DNA of 64,000 nt from Yuukianura sp. NJ FZ-2021 (lineage: Eukaryota). A model generated the notes under the pieces. It searched no databases and was not told the origin of the DNA. It saw only the letters and a list, made by a program, of their open reading frames with translations. The position numbers were made by a program, and so were the translations under genes. Position 1 is the stretch's first letter; every line of letters starts with the position of its first letter. Shown here piece after piece: positions 40,101-52,500 of this stretch. The stretch is taken from assembly GCA_046563655.1 (NCBI GenBank), contig CM102285.1, forward strand, positions 11,656,001 through 11,720,000, read 5' to 3'.

Positions 40101-43100
40101 TGTTAAGATCGAAGTGACAATTGCAATAGGACTAACTTCTGGAATCAGATTATTCTCCTTTGCTTGTTCCGAACGTGGGAAGCTAGATCGAATCGACTCG
40201 ACAAGTCTGGTTTTGACCAAGAAAAATTAGAAGATCCAAATGTAGATTTATTTTGTCCGAAAGTTCAATTTGCAAACGGACATTTCAAATTGTCCTCAAT
40301 TTTGTGGCTAAAACAAAGTGCTTACAGCAAAGCTTAAAAAAAATTCTCTTCAGTGAAGTCTGAATTGTACGTACACTTTCCGTTTTAAAATTCTTGAGCA
40401 ATGCAGCTTGTTTTTTTGGAGTCACACTTCAAGCGAAAAATCAGCGCTCGCTTCCGTTTAGCCTCCAATCACAAACTTTGTCTCAAAATCCTTTGGTCCT
40501 GGAACGTTAAAGCCGTTGCTTTCACTTCGGTAAGACTTACTAAGTGTGACCATGTCCTACTTTGAAAATAAATATCCCTTCCTTGTCGTTTTCTAAACAC
40601 AGAAAGCTTTCCTTTTTCCGCTTTTTTCTCTGTGCAGCTACAAAAGCTTTAGAACCATTTTCACACTCCACATCCATCCAACCGCCATTTTCCCATTTTA
40701 GTTTGGACTTTCTCTCACGTCCCACCAGATCTCCAAAGTATCGAAATAGGATTCAGGCAAAAAAGGACCAAAGTTCTACACGACCAAAGCAAAAGTGCGG
40801 AAAAGTTCTCAGGACTTGAAGAGCGTTGGGAAATAAGCCGCACGGAGGTCAGTTGCCGGGAGTTTCGCCTGCTGCTGAAGCCCTTTCCGCCTCTCATTGT
40901 CTAATCTCGACTTTCTCCGCTTTCACTTGATCTCCATTGTTTCAGACGCGGCGGTTAGGTTAGGCGGGGAAATGGAGTTGCTCAAAATCAATACCCACAG
41001 ACTTTCAAAAAACTGGTTTAAACATTTCCGAAAATTTTTGAACAAAGGAATTAATCGAAAGTCAATGTGCATTTTTGAATCATGATTCAAAACAATCAAG
41101 TACCTAAATTTTGAATTAAAACTTCACTTTAGTTTTATTCTCTAGAACTACGCTTTGAGGACATTGTTTAAAATTATTCTTTCCAAAAGCCCCAAACACT
41201 GACGTTCTTTTTTTAAACTTAAAACGAACTACTGCATGTTTGAATAAATTAAGTTTCAGAGAAGAATGAATGTTAGAGAAGACAGAATTAGGATTGATAG
41301 GAGAAAGTTCTTCAGTTGTACACCTTCCAGCTAAGCAGCCTCGAGGCCTTGTCAGGAACATTTTCCGTTTCTTCCATCCTGAGTAGCTGAGTACGTTCTG
41401 AGTTTCAGGTTGTCTAGATTATCAAATCTGGTTCAGGATGCTTCCACCAAGTACTGCATCTACATCCTCCACTTTCTCTTATTTTTTTCGTAGCGCTTTC
41501 TTTGTGATAACATCTTTGCAGCATCTTCATCTTTGTTTCTTCCAACCTTGAGTCTTCATTAAATTAACATGGAAAGATAAACATCTAGAGTTCTGGCTCT
41601 ACAAACCTCTTCTTAAATTTAGCAATCTTCCGCCTGTCTGAAATCTAGCGTAACTTTAACCAAAATTTTCATGCTAAATTTGACGCTACTAATGAAGAAA
41701 AGAGAGTATCACCGGGCAAGAGAAAAGAAAACTAGTAATTACTTACTATGTTACGAATGCGCTGATGTTAAGTTTAAAAATTCAGATAATTTCCAGGGAA
41801 AACTCTAAAAAAAAATCTCCACCAGACACCGCCATAACACAAGGTTGGCTGAATTTCTTTTACTTACAAAAACTTTCAATTTTCCCGAAACATTTTATTG
41901 TCCAACTTACACACTTCCATAAACAAACACATTTTTAAAAAAAAAGTTAGATTCAGCAGCTTTCTCTTTGGAGAAAATTAAAACTTCAAAATTTAAGTTG
42001 AAGCTTTGAAAATGTTTTGGTTTCAAAAGCATGGGCAAAACGCAAGAGAATTTTAAACTCGCTTTAATTTTGTAGGAAATACTTGAGCAGCACTATTTTT
42101 GCCAGGAGCACAGTAAAAGGCGGTGTAATTTTGAATTTAATTGATTCCAACAGGAGGAAATAAAATGTAAACTAAATTTTATTGGATTTAGGAAATTTTA
42201 TAGGGAAATAAAAGTCATGTTACTTTCAAATACGAATTACTCTCTTTTTCCGCTTGTTTTCTACTAAAGTTCAGGCTCTTCTAATACCAACAGAAGTCAA
42301 TACTCCTGTGATGGAAAACGGAAAATTCTTTGGAAAGACTTTTCTAAAAGTATTTGGGTCGACTTGAATTATTTTTATTTCAAATACACTAAATCACGTT
42401 TTCCTCCCATCTTCCAACTTCTCCTGGATTTCAAAAGGTCAAATTCCACTGTGCCATTGATGCCCGCGTCGACTTGAAAGTAAAACTGCCAGGGAGAAAG
42501 TTTCAAAGTTTCTTTTGTGCTACCAAAGTCCATTGACCGTTACTGAGAGTCAATAAAATTTGTTTCAAATTTCACTTTATTTTGAACAATATTGTGAGAT
42601 CAAAATACGTTTTTCGAAAACTAGTTGTAGAAGAACTTTTTTTTTCTGAGAAGTTTGACCTATCAAGTATTGTACTTTGTGCTCATTCAAAATTGATGCA
42701 TTTTTGAAAAAGAGACAGCATCTTGGAAGCCACATCGACCAAAAGTCTCAGACAAATGAAAAACTATACCACAGAAAGCTGAAAACTCCATTTCATCTTT
42801 TAGAAATCCATCTTCTATTCATAAATCAATTTCTGCGTTTTTGCATCTTTTGGTTCTTGTTCTACTTTTTCCGGTTTACCATCAAAAGTGAAAGTCGACG
42901 TTTTCTCAAAAAAAAGTTGAAGTTTTGTCAATACTTAGAAGTTCGTAAGCTTCAAATCCAGAAGTTAACGTCTTGACTACTACATTATATACTCAGTTTG
43001 AATTCAAAATGAGGAGAAAGCGCAAGAATCATAATTTTTAAAGAGGATTGATGGCTCCTACTTTAGTATAATGAATCATGTCAATTACCATCGTACAGTT

Positions 43101-44879
43101 GCTTTTTATATTTTTAGGAACCTCGACTTCATAATTTTTTGGATGCACTAGGCTGGAGAAAGCGTAGTTTAAAAAAAAACTGGCTTGAATATTTTTCAAT
43201 TAATATCCGCGCCTGTCGGACCGTATGGAAAGCGTCTACTGTGGAGAACAAAGTGCTTTCTTCCCTCGTCGCATTTTCTTTACCAAAGGTAACTCTGTTA
43301 ATTTTACTTTCTCTATGTAGCATGCAAAAAGGCGCCATTTTATGATTCCCTAGCATTGGTTGCTTGTGTTTAGAAATTTTGTAAACATGGCGGAGTTATC
43401 TGAAATATGAGAACCGCCAAGTATACAAGCGTAGACTCGACGGCTTTTTAAAGTTCGTTTCTAATAGAAAACTCAATAAATCCGACACCGAAGTGCTATT
43501 AGTAAATACGCCTTTCAACTTTTTTCCCCTCCTTTCGTTTTCCCGTGTACGTTTTAGTACTACAACATAACATTGGATTTCGAATACAAAAGAGAAATAA
43601 AAACTTAATGTTTACACAAAACGAAGGAGAAATTGCAACAAAAGAAAGAAAAGCACTTCTGGGCTAAAATCAGTTTTCAGAAATTCAAATTATTCCTAGG
43701 AGCCCCAGGAGGAATAAAAAACCTATTCAAAGGGCGCTTTTAAAAAAAAAGTTTCAAATTTTTCTGCGCACAACGACTACTCGGTTTGCCTGGAAGTGAA
43801 AGTCAGAGAACTGGAAGGTAGTTGCTATAAATAAAGATGAAACAATAGAAAAGAGTTAAATTTTCAGTGAAAAGGAAAATCTCCCAGTGGTTTCAGTTGG
43901 ACTTTCAAATGATCCCCAGAGGCAATTAGCAGTAGCTTGGGTGCTTGTTACTTAAATTTTGAATCCAAAAAGCTGTACAAATGGGTTTCTTTCATGTAGC
44001 TCTTCCAGGAAAAGCCTTTTTGGATAGGCTGATACAAAACTGCGTTTTGGTTAGATGCCTCCCAGACCTCAAATGATTATGAACCAGAGGAAACGATTAC
44101 AGCGGAAACTGATTTATATTGGGATCCCTCCAGGGGAGAAAGGAACCTCAACCATTAGAATAATAAACTTTGTTTAAGAAATATAAATTGTAGTTTTCAA
44201 TTTTTTGTAACATTTTTCAATTAAAAACAGGAGAAAGCAGGAGGCTTTAGAGCTACAACTTTTCCTGTTCTAGAAAAAAGTTAGATTGAAATTGAATGAG
44301 ACTTTGGGCTGGGTCTTAATGCTGTTGTGAACGTGTTGGGGTTTAGGAGTTTTTAGGGTGAGGTAAATTAGGGCTTTAGGACCTTACAAAGTCAATTAAT
44401 AATTCAGGGAACGGGGTGTTAATTAAAGTTGGAACGATGTGCGGATTAAATCAAATAATCCAACATTTTAGCCTTTTCAGAGATTGCGCAAATGCTATAC
44501 AGCTTTTACTGCCCAGATTTTAATTGAAAATGATTTTGGGAAATGGAGTGAGAAAAATGGTTCAAAGTGTTTCAGTTACACGTTTACCGAAGCAAAAGAA
44601 TAAAAGATAAAAGTTATTTGCAAAAGAGAAAGTCCAATTTTTGAAAAAACAAAGTTCTCATGAAGTTATGTTAAAATTCTTTTGAAATTTTGATTTTTTT
44701 TAAGTCTAAGCTGTTTTTACCTGATAGTCCAAGTAGTTCCCATAGCCCATGTGGTCACAAGTACAAGTACATCTTGAAATGTGTTCATGAATGTTAATTG
44801 GAGGAGGCCAAGAGCAGTCAGTAGTGGCCGCAGGAGGAATGGCATTTGGTAAATGTGCCTGTCCCATAACCTCCTCCAT
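7126..44879 (-). CDS. DPEP1: Membrane dipeptidase (peptidase family M19, renal dipeptidase-like), ~538 aa, 13 coding exons, N-terminal TM anchor
   Basis: Exons 44879-44721, 33950-33758, 32427-32253, 21007-20851, 20119-19987, 16209-16153, 16055-15962, 15768-15699, 14178-14002, 13657-13573, 9259-9184, 7772-7634 and 7227-7126. All GT-AG and phase-compatible, sum 1617 nt. M19 motifs: [75 protein letters not shown]. The symbol means DPEP1-like, not proven orthology. The first two exons are less certain than the catalytic ones. Confidence 0.93.
22120..22236. mobile_element. 117-bp Tc1/mariner-type MITE
   Basis: Perfect 27-bp terminal inverted repeats CAGGGTGGCCCGGTGAAGTCCTTACCC (22120-22146 and 22210-22236), flanked by TA on both sides (22118-22119, 22237-22238). 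No coding capacity. Confidence 0.88.
24379..24837 (+). CDS. Nested secreted pre-pro-protein (124 aa) with a KR cleavage site and twin CSxxYxxC motifs
   Basis: Exons 24379-24553 and 24638-24837, joined by an 84-nt GTAAG...TAG phase-1 intron, total 375 nt. Product: [124 protein letters not shown]. Signal peptide, acidic propeptide, 4 Cys. Antisense within dipeptidase intron 3. Confidence 0.75.
25316..25615 (+). CDS. Nested pre-pro-peptide (74 aa) releasing a C-terminal 13-aa disulfide-loop peptide
   Basis: Exons 25316-25399 and 25475-25615, joined by a 75-nt GTGAG...TTTTTCAG phase-0 intron. Product: [74 protein letters not shown]. Signal peptide with an AxA|SP site and a furin-type RxKR site. 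An in-frame upstream ATG at 25241 makes the start uncertain. Confidence 0.75.
35133..35334. repeat. Possible decayed inverted-repeat element (MITE relic)
   Basis: Left end agac..ggacggacac..atggac is partly complementary to right end gtacatgcgtgtccgtcc..gtct (10-bp perfect core). GGAC words cluster left and GTCC words right. No clear target-site duplication. Confidence 0.3.
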
Positions 44880-45761
44880 AGCAAAAGTCAACCCATCATT
44901 CTCTGGGCTTTCACTTTTCGAATTTTCCCGCCTTTTTAATTTGAATTTACTCTAACTTTCACCGGAAAAAGAAAGTTGTCAAATATTCTCGTTTAACTTT
45001 CTAAAACTTTTTGTCTCTTGTGGTAGTAACTCACACTTCTTTTAATTCATAAGTTTCTCTGCACTCACACAGTTGAAGCACTCAACTGGCTGTTTATGTC
45101 TCAAGAAAAAGTCAAGAAAGCCTTGAAAGTTTTGTAAGAATTTTGGCTTGGAAAGACACGGCGTAACTGGGACTGACAGTATACGCGGTGACAGAAACCC
45201 ACGGACTAACTTTCACTGATCTTTTTCCTGTGTTATTTCCAAAGTTTGGACTAAAATGTTCCAGAAGACAGTGGGTAGCTTGTGTGTGAGGGAGTGATTA
45301 GTACTCTAGATCTGTCTTCGGTTGGAGTGAAGTTGTCGAGGAAACGTTGTTCCCAGAACCTTGTCTGTCCAAGGAATAAAGTTTCCGGGAGCTCTCAACA
45401 CGAGGAAGTGAGGAGATCGCACAATTTCTCGACTTTACAAAAAGCACACATTCCGGCCGCCGGAGAAAGTTCAAGCGCGCGCACAAGTCTACTTCGCTGC
45501 CAACCCCCTTTGGTTTTTTAAGGAAAGTTGAAGATGAAGTCGTGTCATAACTTAACCTCTGGGAAACCACCACAACCACAAAGTTGGACAAGGCTCCTTG
45601 ACTTTCAAAAACCGCAAAAACGGTTCAAATTCTGTAATTTTTTTTTTCAAAAAATCTTGATAGAAAGTTTAAAATTCACATTTTGCGACGATAAGAAAAA
45701 GTACATGGACTCAGTTTTTTTTGCCACTCAAGAGACGTTGTGAAAACTAACGCCGAATTTC

Positions 45762-45802
45762 AAATTGAAATAGGTTTGGTATTTTCAAACCTATTTCAAT
45801 TT
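45762..45802. repeat. Perfect inverted repeat (17-bp stem, 7-nt loop)
   Basis: aaattgaaataggtttg-gtatttt-caaacctatttcaattt, between the divergent dipeptidase and TMEM200-like genes. Confidence 0.8.
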
Positions 45803-48800
45803 CAAAAGATTTCCCAAATTCGAACTTCGGGAATTATGCAAGTTTTAAGGTTGTAGCGGAGAATTTCGAATCTGAAAGCAAGATTTTCTCATAATTTCGG
45901 GAAATTAATAAGGGAATAAACTTGCAAAGTAAAAGCAAACAGTTACTTTCGTTGTGATTCTCTTTGAAGATCACGAAAATTTTGACTTTGTGCAATTTGT
46001 TGCCGTGTTTACTCGCTCATTTCTATTCACGCACCATCGTTTTCAAGTTGAAAGGTTGAAACTCTAGGATTTTATCAATATAATCTTTTCCGAAAAATAT
46101 TTGATCTTACGTAAGGCTAAAAAAATGTCGTATTTAACTTTGGAGAGAAAACGCACTGTTGTAAAGATTCGTCAGCAAGGGCATTAGTTTTTTCTACTTC
46201 TACTAACCAAGCCTAATTGCATTCCACCCCTTCCATTTCTTTCATCTCAAGTTTCTACTTCGAATTAAGAATTGAAGTCACTTAAAATATAAGCCAAAGT
46301 CCTCTGCAATATAGAAAGGAACTTATTTCATCTCTTCAAACATTACAGACAACTATCGTCTTTCTTCACTTTCTCAAGACGGACGACGAGGAAATTTAGT
46401 AGAATGAAATTTTAGAATTTTACAAAAATACAACTTTCAAAATTAAAAACAAAAATTTCCAGCCACGTCATGCAAATCAATCTTACGTAAAACTGTAACA
46501 TTTCAAAAATTGAATCCAAATTCAAATGTGTTAAGTTTATATCGACAATTTAAACTCAATTGAAATGCATTATGGTAATGCATTCCAAGAATGCAGTGCT
46601 TTCTAGCTGGAACCTTAACCAACGAACTAAAGACGGAAACCTGTGTTGTGACTTTCCTGGCATCTGTAGACGAAAAAAGAAAGGTCTGGAACTCTCTGGA
46701 AAGTCTGCTTTTACTGCACGTTTACTACGTCCATCCACAAGGTGAAGCCTTCGTTGCTTTTCAACTTTTCGAAGCCAATGTGAATTTTGTCATTTTCTTT
46801 TTTAGTAACTCAAGCAATTCTTTTGAGAATAGCTCAGATTAATCCCAAAAGTATGGTTCACTTTAAAAATCATACGCTTATCTTTTTGAAATTCCCTGCG
46901 AACTCAAGAACTTTCTTCCGAATAGTATTTTAACGTCATAACATTTCGGGACCTTGAACTCTCCAATTTCAGAAAATGAAAAATTTATGACTAAAGGAAC
47001 AACAGATTGGCAAATTGACGTCAAAAGGTTTGAGTCGTAGTTGTGAAATTATGACAGTTGGGGAATGAAACTTTACGACCCACCGGAGAAAGTGGAAAGT
47101 TGTTGGAAGAAGGAAAAGAAGGTCTTAGGAGAAGTGACTTAGGATTTAAGTTTTCTGCTGAGGCAGCAAAGACATTTTAATTAAAAAGTAGAGCAGAAAG
47201 TCTCAAACTGTGTCAATAATGAAACTTTTCCGGACTAAGATGGCGGAATGTGAGAAAGAGGTAAGAACAGTAGTGGCTTCCAGTGGAGCTTCCATGGAGA
47301 AAGTAGATAGCAGGATTTCTTGAAAGGAGTGAAAAAGCTTGTGACACTTTGCACGGAAATCCATAAATCCATTTCCACCTCTCTGTTTAGCTTGGGTTAT
47401 CTCCTGCCTTTCTTCAAAGTAACTCATACAACATTCAACAAGGCATAGGAAATTCCCAACCAGGATTTTCTGACAGATGGAAGAGACTGAAACAGAAACA
47501 GGGAAGCTGAGGTTTTGAATTTTTAATTCTGTTTTGAACCACTTTAATTTAAAACAAGCTGAATTCCAAAACATCAAAGTTTTTCAGTGTGCTTGAGCGA
47601 CTTTCTCTTTGTGAACTCTCAGCTATGAAACTTAATTAACTTGATTTTATTTGAATCACGATTCACGAAATGAAAAAGAAAACAAATTTTGAAACTATTT
47701 CATAAACAGTAATTCAGTTCCTATTCGAAAAATCAGGTTTCGAAACTGACACCACATGAAAATGACGTTTTTTTTTTTTATAAAAACTCGAGCAACAAAA
47801 GTCTTCGGCCACTTTAAATGTGTTACAAAATTTAGTTTCTTCGAAGAAAACAACTGAACTATCGATAAGATCCTGCATTTTAAAAAATATGAACTCCAAA
47901 GTACTGAAAATTTCGATACTGTCACTGTGCAGGGAACAAATTTGCAATGGAAAGAGAAAGTTTTTGAACACATGATGTTCAATTTTAAAAGAATTTCAGG
48001 AAAAAATACAAACTGTTCGACTTTTTGTACGAAATCTTTTAGGACTCATGAATTCCAGATCCAATGTTGATGTGAACCGAAACTGTTTCGGAAGACCGTT
48101 GAAATGACTTTGGGAAACAACCTGTTGAACAAGCCATAACCGCTCCTGTATCCCATAAAGAAAGGACTAAAACTTTTCTTTTACACGTAAACTGAAATTT
48201 TGTGTTTCATTCAACCAGTTGTTTTGATCCAGCTTTCTTAAGAATTTTACATTTCTTTTGTACTCCTTACCTCCAGGTATTATCCCTATTCTAAACATCC
48301 ACGAAAATCCGACAGCAGAAGGGCGAGCTATTACAACAAAAGGATTCTCGAAAATGAAATTCTTATGCTCAAACTCTTTGAATTTCAGCTACAAAATTTC
48401 TTTTCCTGTTCCCCAAGCTAAAATAACAATTATTTGATCCTGTCCTTTGAAAGTATGGAAAACAAGTCTGAAATAAGTTTTATAATGCCTTGTAAAGAGA
48501 AAGTGAGAAAAAAGTTCGCGGAGAAAAATGAACGTATTTTTTGCTTAACTTGCTTGTTTGTTTTCACCTTTTCTTGTATGCTTTTGTGGTTTTAGAAAGC
48601 ACAAAGGTGTCCAATTACTTTAGGCCTCAAATTAGAGTAAAAGCATTTTTGTTCATTCGGAACACCTTTAACGGATAATGCAAAAATCTGAGATGGATCT
48701 TAAAAGACTTGTAGCTTCAGAAAACGAGCTTTTCTAAAGAAAGGCTTTTATGTGTTTTACTTTCCTATAATCGAAAGCAGCAGTATCAAAAGCAAACACG

Positions 48801-49519
48801 CTTTTCGTTTCTTCGTACTACTCTGTTGTTGCAGTACGCAGTACACTTTCTGGAAGAAGGAAGAGGATGGATTGGTTGCTGTAAGGATGTTCTGGAGAAC
48901 CACGGTGGATTGAATGATGTGAGCATCTCCTGGCTCTGCTGCTCCAGCGTAAGTCCCGGTCCTTCCAGTGTTGTTGCAGCGCTATTACTTTCCCTGCTTT
49001 CACCGTCGCCAATACCCACAGCAGCATCTCTGGTGCTGGTGCTCTCTCCTCCAAAATTCCAATCACAGTTCCTCGGCATCTCTTCCAGTCAACTCCATCT
49101 TCGTCATCATCCAGTCCTGCAACGAATCACATACGATTAACTTCCTCCTTACCAAAAACTACTGCACTTGACTGGATTTCTTTATTACAACACTACAAAC
49201 GTCACGCAAAGGAATTCCCCTTCGGTTTCAGACAAATCTGAACCATTAACGCACAAAAACCATTCGTGCAGCTTTGCCAAAAATATCATTGGTGGAACTT
49301 GTTCACGAAATTGGAATTGTGCAAGTTATTGACAAATCAGCGACTTTGCAACTTTTCCGGAAGATAACAATTGCGCAACTGCTCCACAAAACATTAGCAA
49401 TTGCGCAACAGCAGCAGCAAAGAAGATCGTCCATATACAGAAACTAACTTGAATTTGCAATAACGTGTATTAAAACATGATTTCGACTTAAGTTTGTAAA
49501 AATACAAACCAAATCGATC

Positions 49520-52500
49520 ATGAGTTTGGATCGTAGAGCTCGTATTGTAGGTCGAAGGTCAAGCTTAATAAATGCAACTTACTACCGAGCTTCAGCACGT
49601 CAACCGCCGGTGATATGGGATTTGCAGGTACATTTTATTCATAGTGCTCAACGTTTCTAAAAATGTCAAACTAAATTTTGAAAAATCGTTTTTTGGGAAA
49701 ATTAATTATGCAAAAGAATTAAGTTTAGTAATGATGAATTAGAAGGCTCCATGTTTTCCCTGAGAGTGCCTGCTTGTGAATAATCCATTAGGGATTGGGT
49801 TGGAAAATTAGGAAATCCGGGGGAAGGACTAAGATCGATATGAATTGAGGCAGTAGTGCTGCCGTAAGCATACGGTTTCGTTCTATACTTTTAGAGATCA
49901 CTTCAATTCCCTTCAGGAGGAGTTTCAGCAGCAGTACAATATAATGGGAACAGAGTTCGTCCATCCGAAAAGTATGTTACAAAGTAAAAGGATACAAAGC
50001 GTTCCTAACAGGATTATGCTGTTTGGGGTTTTGGGAACTTTCTCCATGTATAACTTAATTTCTTTGGCATGAGGAACGAAGAATAAAAGGAAATGACGGA
50101 ACCTTGCTCCAATTCTTTCCTTTGGCAGAGGAACCAAAGTTTTCAAAATTCAGGGAACGGTTGGACAGAGTCTGTTTTTTGAATACAGTACTTGGCAGAA
50201 CTATCGTTTTATTTGAAAGGAAAGTGGAGATAAAGAGAGGAGGATTTGAAAGGGCTGCTGACTGTGGGAAGCTCATTTGTACTGGGAAAGCGTAGTGCCA
50301 ATCGACAGGAGGATCAATTGGAAGGAGGCCAAAGGCTGCTTGAGTGAACTTTCCCCTGGGAGAAAGTCAGGATTTGATCTTTCCGCTCTCTCCAACCTGT
50401 TGGTTCCTCATCTCCACTTTTTGATTAATACGCCAGTTTCGAAAACTTAACTTTCATGTTTTCGTTTTTGAAAGAAAAAATACACTGAAGACATGCAAAC
50501 TTTTTATTTCATGTAAAAGTTTAATACAAATTCTGAAAACGTCAGAGATTGAAAAGCGAGAAGACTGAAATGAAAATTGGAATTCAAACTTATCATGATT
50601 GTGAGCCAGAACGGGTGCTGCTACACAATTTAAATTTACTAAATTCAAATAGGCAACAGCTTTTATGATTTGCTAAATTCGGAACTTCGATTTTTAAAAT
50701 TGAATTTGTTGTTTGGATTGATTGCTCAGGGCGTTCGAGGTCAAATGTCAACCAATTGCCTCTGGCATGCCTGTCGAGCTCTATTTGTGGGAATTCTACT
50801 CTTCGGAATTGGAACTGTCATGTGTATTTCAGGTAAGGCTTTGCATTTTCCAAATTCCTCTAAGCTTCAAATCCTCTTGAGAAATACCCGAAAATGATTG
50901 ATATCCATATTTGAGATGTACAAGAATTTAATTTAGAACGTCGACATGGATGGATTGGTGGTACGTGTGGCCTTTAGAAAGTTTTTTAATCGTGTTAACA
51001 TGTATGTTTGTTGCAGTGGTGGAGGTAGAAGGAAGAAAAAGTGGATTAGAATTGAAAATGCTGAACTTGCATGAAGTGTCTCTTGTATGCTTTCCATACC
51101 TCTTTTACTAAGATCTCTGGAGAATTCTAGGGATTTGGCAACCAGGAGAAAGCTGGAGAAAGTTGTTAAATTCCAAGTGAAAGTCCTTGAGTAAGCGCTT
51201 GACGTTTCTTAGGAAATTTCAGTTTTGACGCCAAAAAAGCAAGAGCGGAAGCCAAGGCAATACGCTTTCTTCTGCTGACTTTCTCCAGCTTCCCAACTTT
51301 TAGTTTTGGAGGGACTTTCACCTTTTGGCTGCACCAACCTTAGGATTCTGGTAGTTTGTGAGGCTGGCTAAGAAGAAGGAAAGGAGAAAGTAAAAAATCA
51401 ATAGGACAGGGCCATTCGCTGTACTTTTACATTAAATTACAGGAGCAGTTACTTGGGAAATAAATGACATAACCATTCATCCCAGAACAATTCCTTTCAA
51501 TTCTCTGGATCCTTCGATGCTGGATCTGGACCAACTTTGCTAGTTGTTTGGCTCTTTGTAGCAGTAATTTCTAATGTACGACCAAATAAAAGGAAAAGCG
51601 TAGGTTCAGGAACACTAAACCTCAATCCTCTCCCTTGTGTATTACTAACTTTCACCAAATGCGAGAACCCGTTACAACGAAAACAGACCTTCTCCTGAGT
51701 GGAAGATTCTCTTACGTTACAAACAACAGAAGAGGAAGGCTAAATTATAGAATAGTGGTGGAGTTAAAATTGTAGTTTTCCTGGCACTGCATCTGCGATA
51801 TAAAAATTTAATTCAAGGTTGAGTCACCTTTACACTTTTAAACGTAATTCCAGTGCCAAGGTATACAAAAAAATATCTTTGTCGAAATTGTGAATTCATA
51901 ATCGAATTGTATGAAAAATTTTGATTTTCCGTCACTATTGTCGAAGTTTTTGCAATTAAACTTTAACTTTACCCGTGTTTGAATTTTCAACTTCTAAAAT
52001 TATTAATTATTGGTATTCAGGTGAGAAAAATGCATTTGATATTAGTAGTAAGAGAGCCATGAAATGAAAGTAACGCTTTCACTGAAAGCTGATCTTTGAA
52101 TCGTCTTTTCACAGTTAATTGTTAATTGAAACCTAACAAGTCAAAGTGTTCAAATCATACGGCATTAAAAAAATTAAGGCAATCACAAATTTAAGAACAG
52201 TGAGTGTCTGTTACAATGCAATCACGGCGTGACTCGCGTGGTACTGCTCTACACTGCTGTCTCAAAAATAAACTCTCGATTTTTGGCCGGAGCTATCCGG
52301 AGATTATGCGGAGCAAAAAGGTTCTCAAAAGGTTTCCCCCACCCCTTACTCTCTGGGTGGGGAGCCAATGGCGGGAAAAAGTTTGAAAAGTTCCAAAATA
52401 AATTCAAATTCCAAATTCTTTGTTCATTCTTCTTGAAAACCACGCAACACAATTCGTATAACTGTTATTTAATGATTTACTGAAATTTGGAACGCTAGAA

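Noticed and set aside
39500..40250. Coding-like composition inside dipeptidase intron 1
   Set aside because: All frames are interrupted and no transposase or other motif was recognised.
48786..49171. Cluster of overlapping ORFs on both strands
   Set aside because: Locally GC-richer, low-complexity sequence upstream of the TMEM200-like gene. Probably leader or regulatory DNA.
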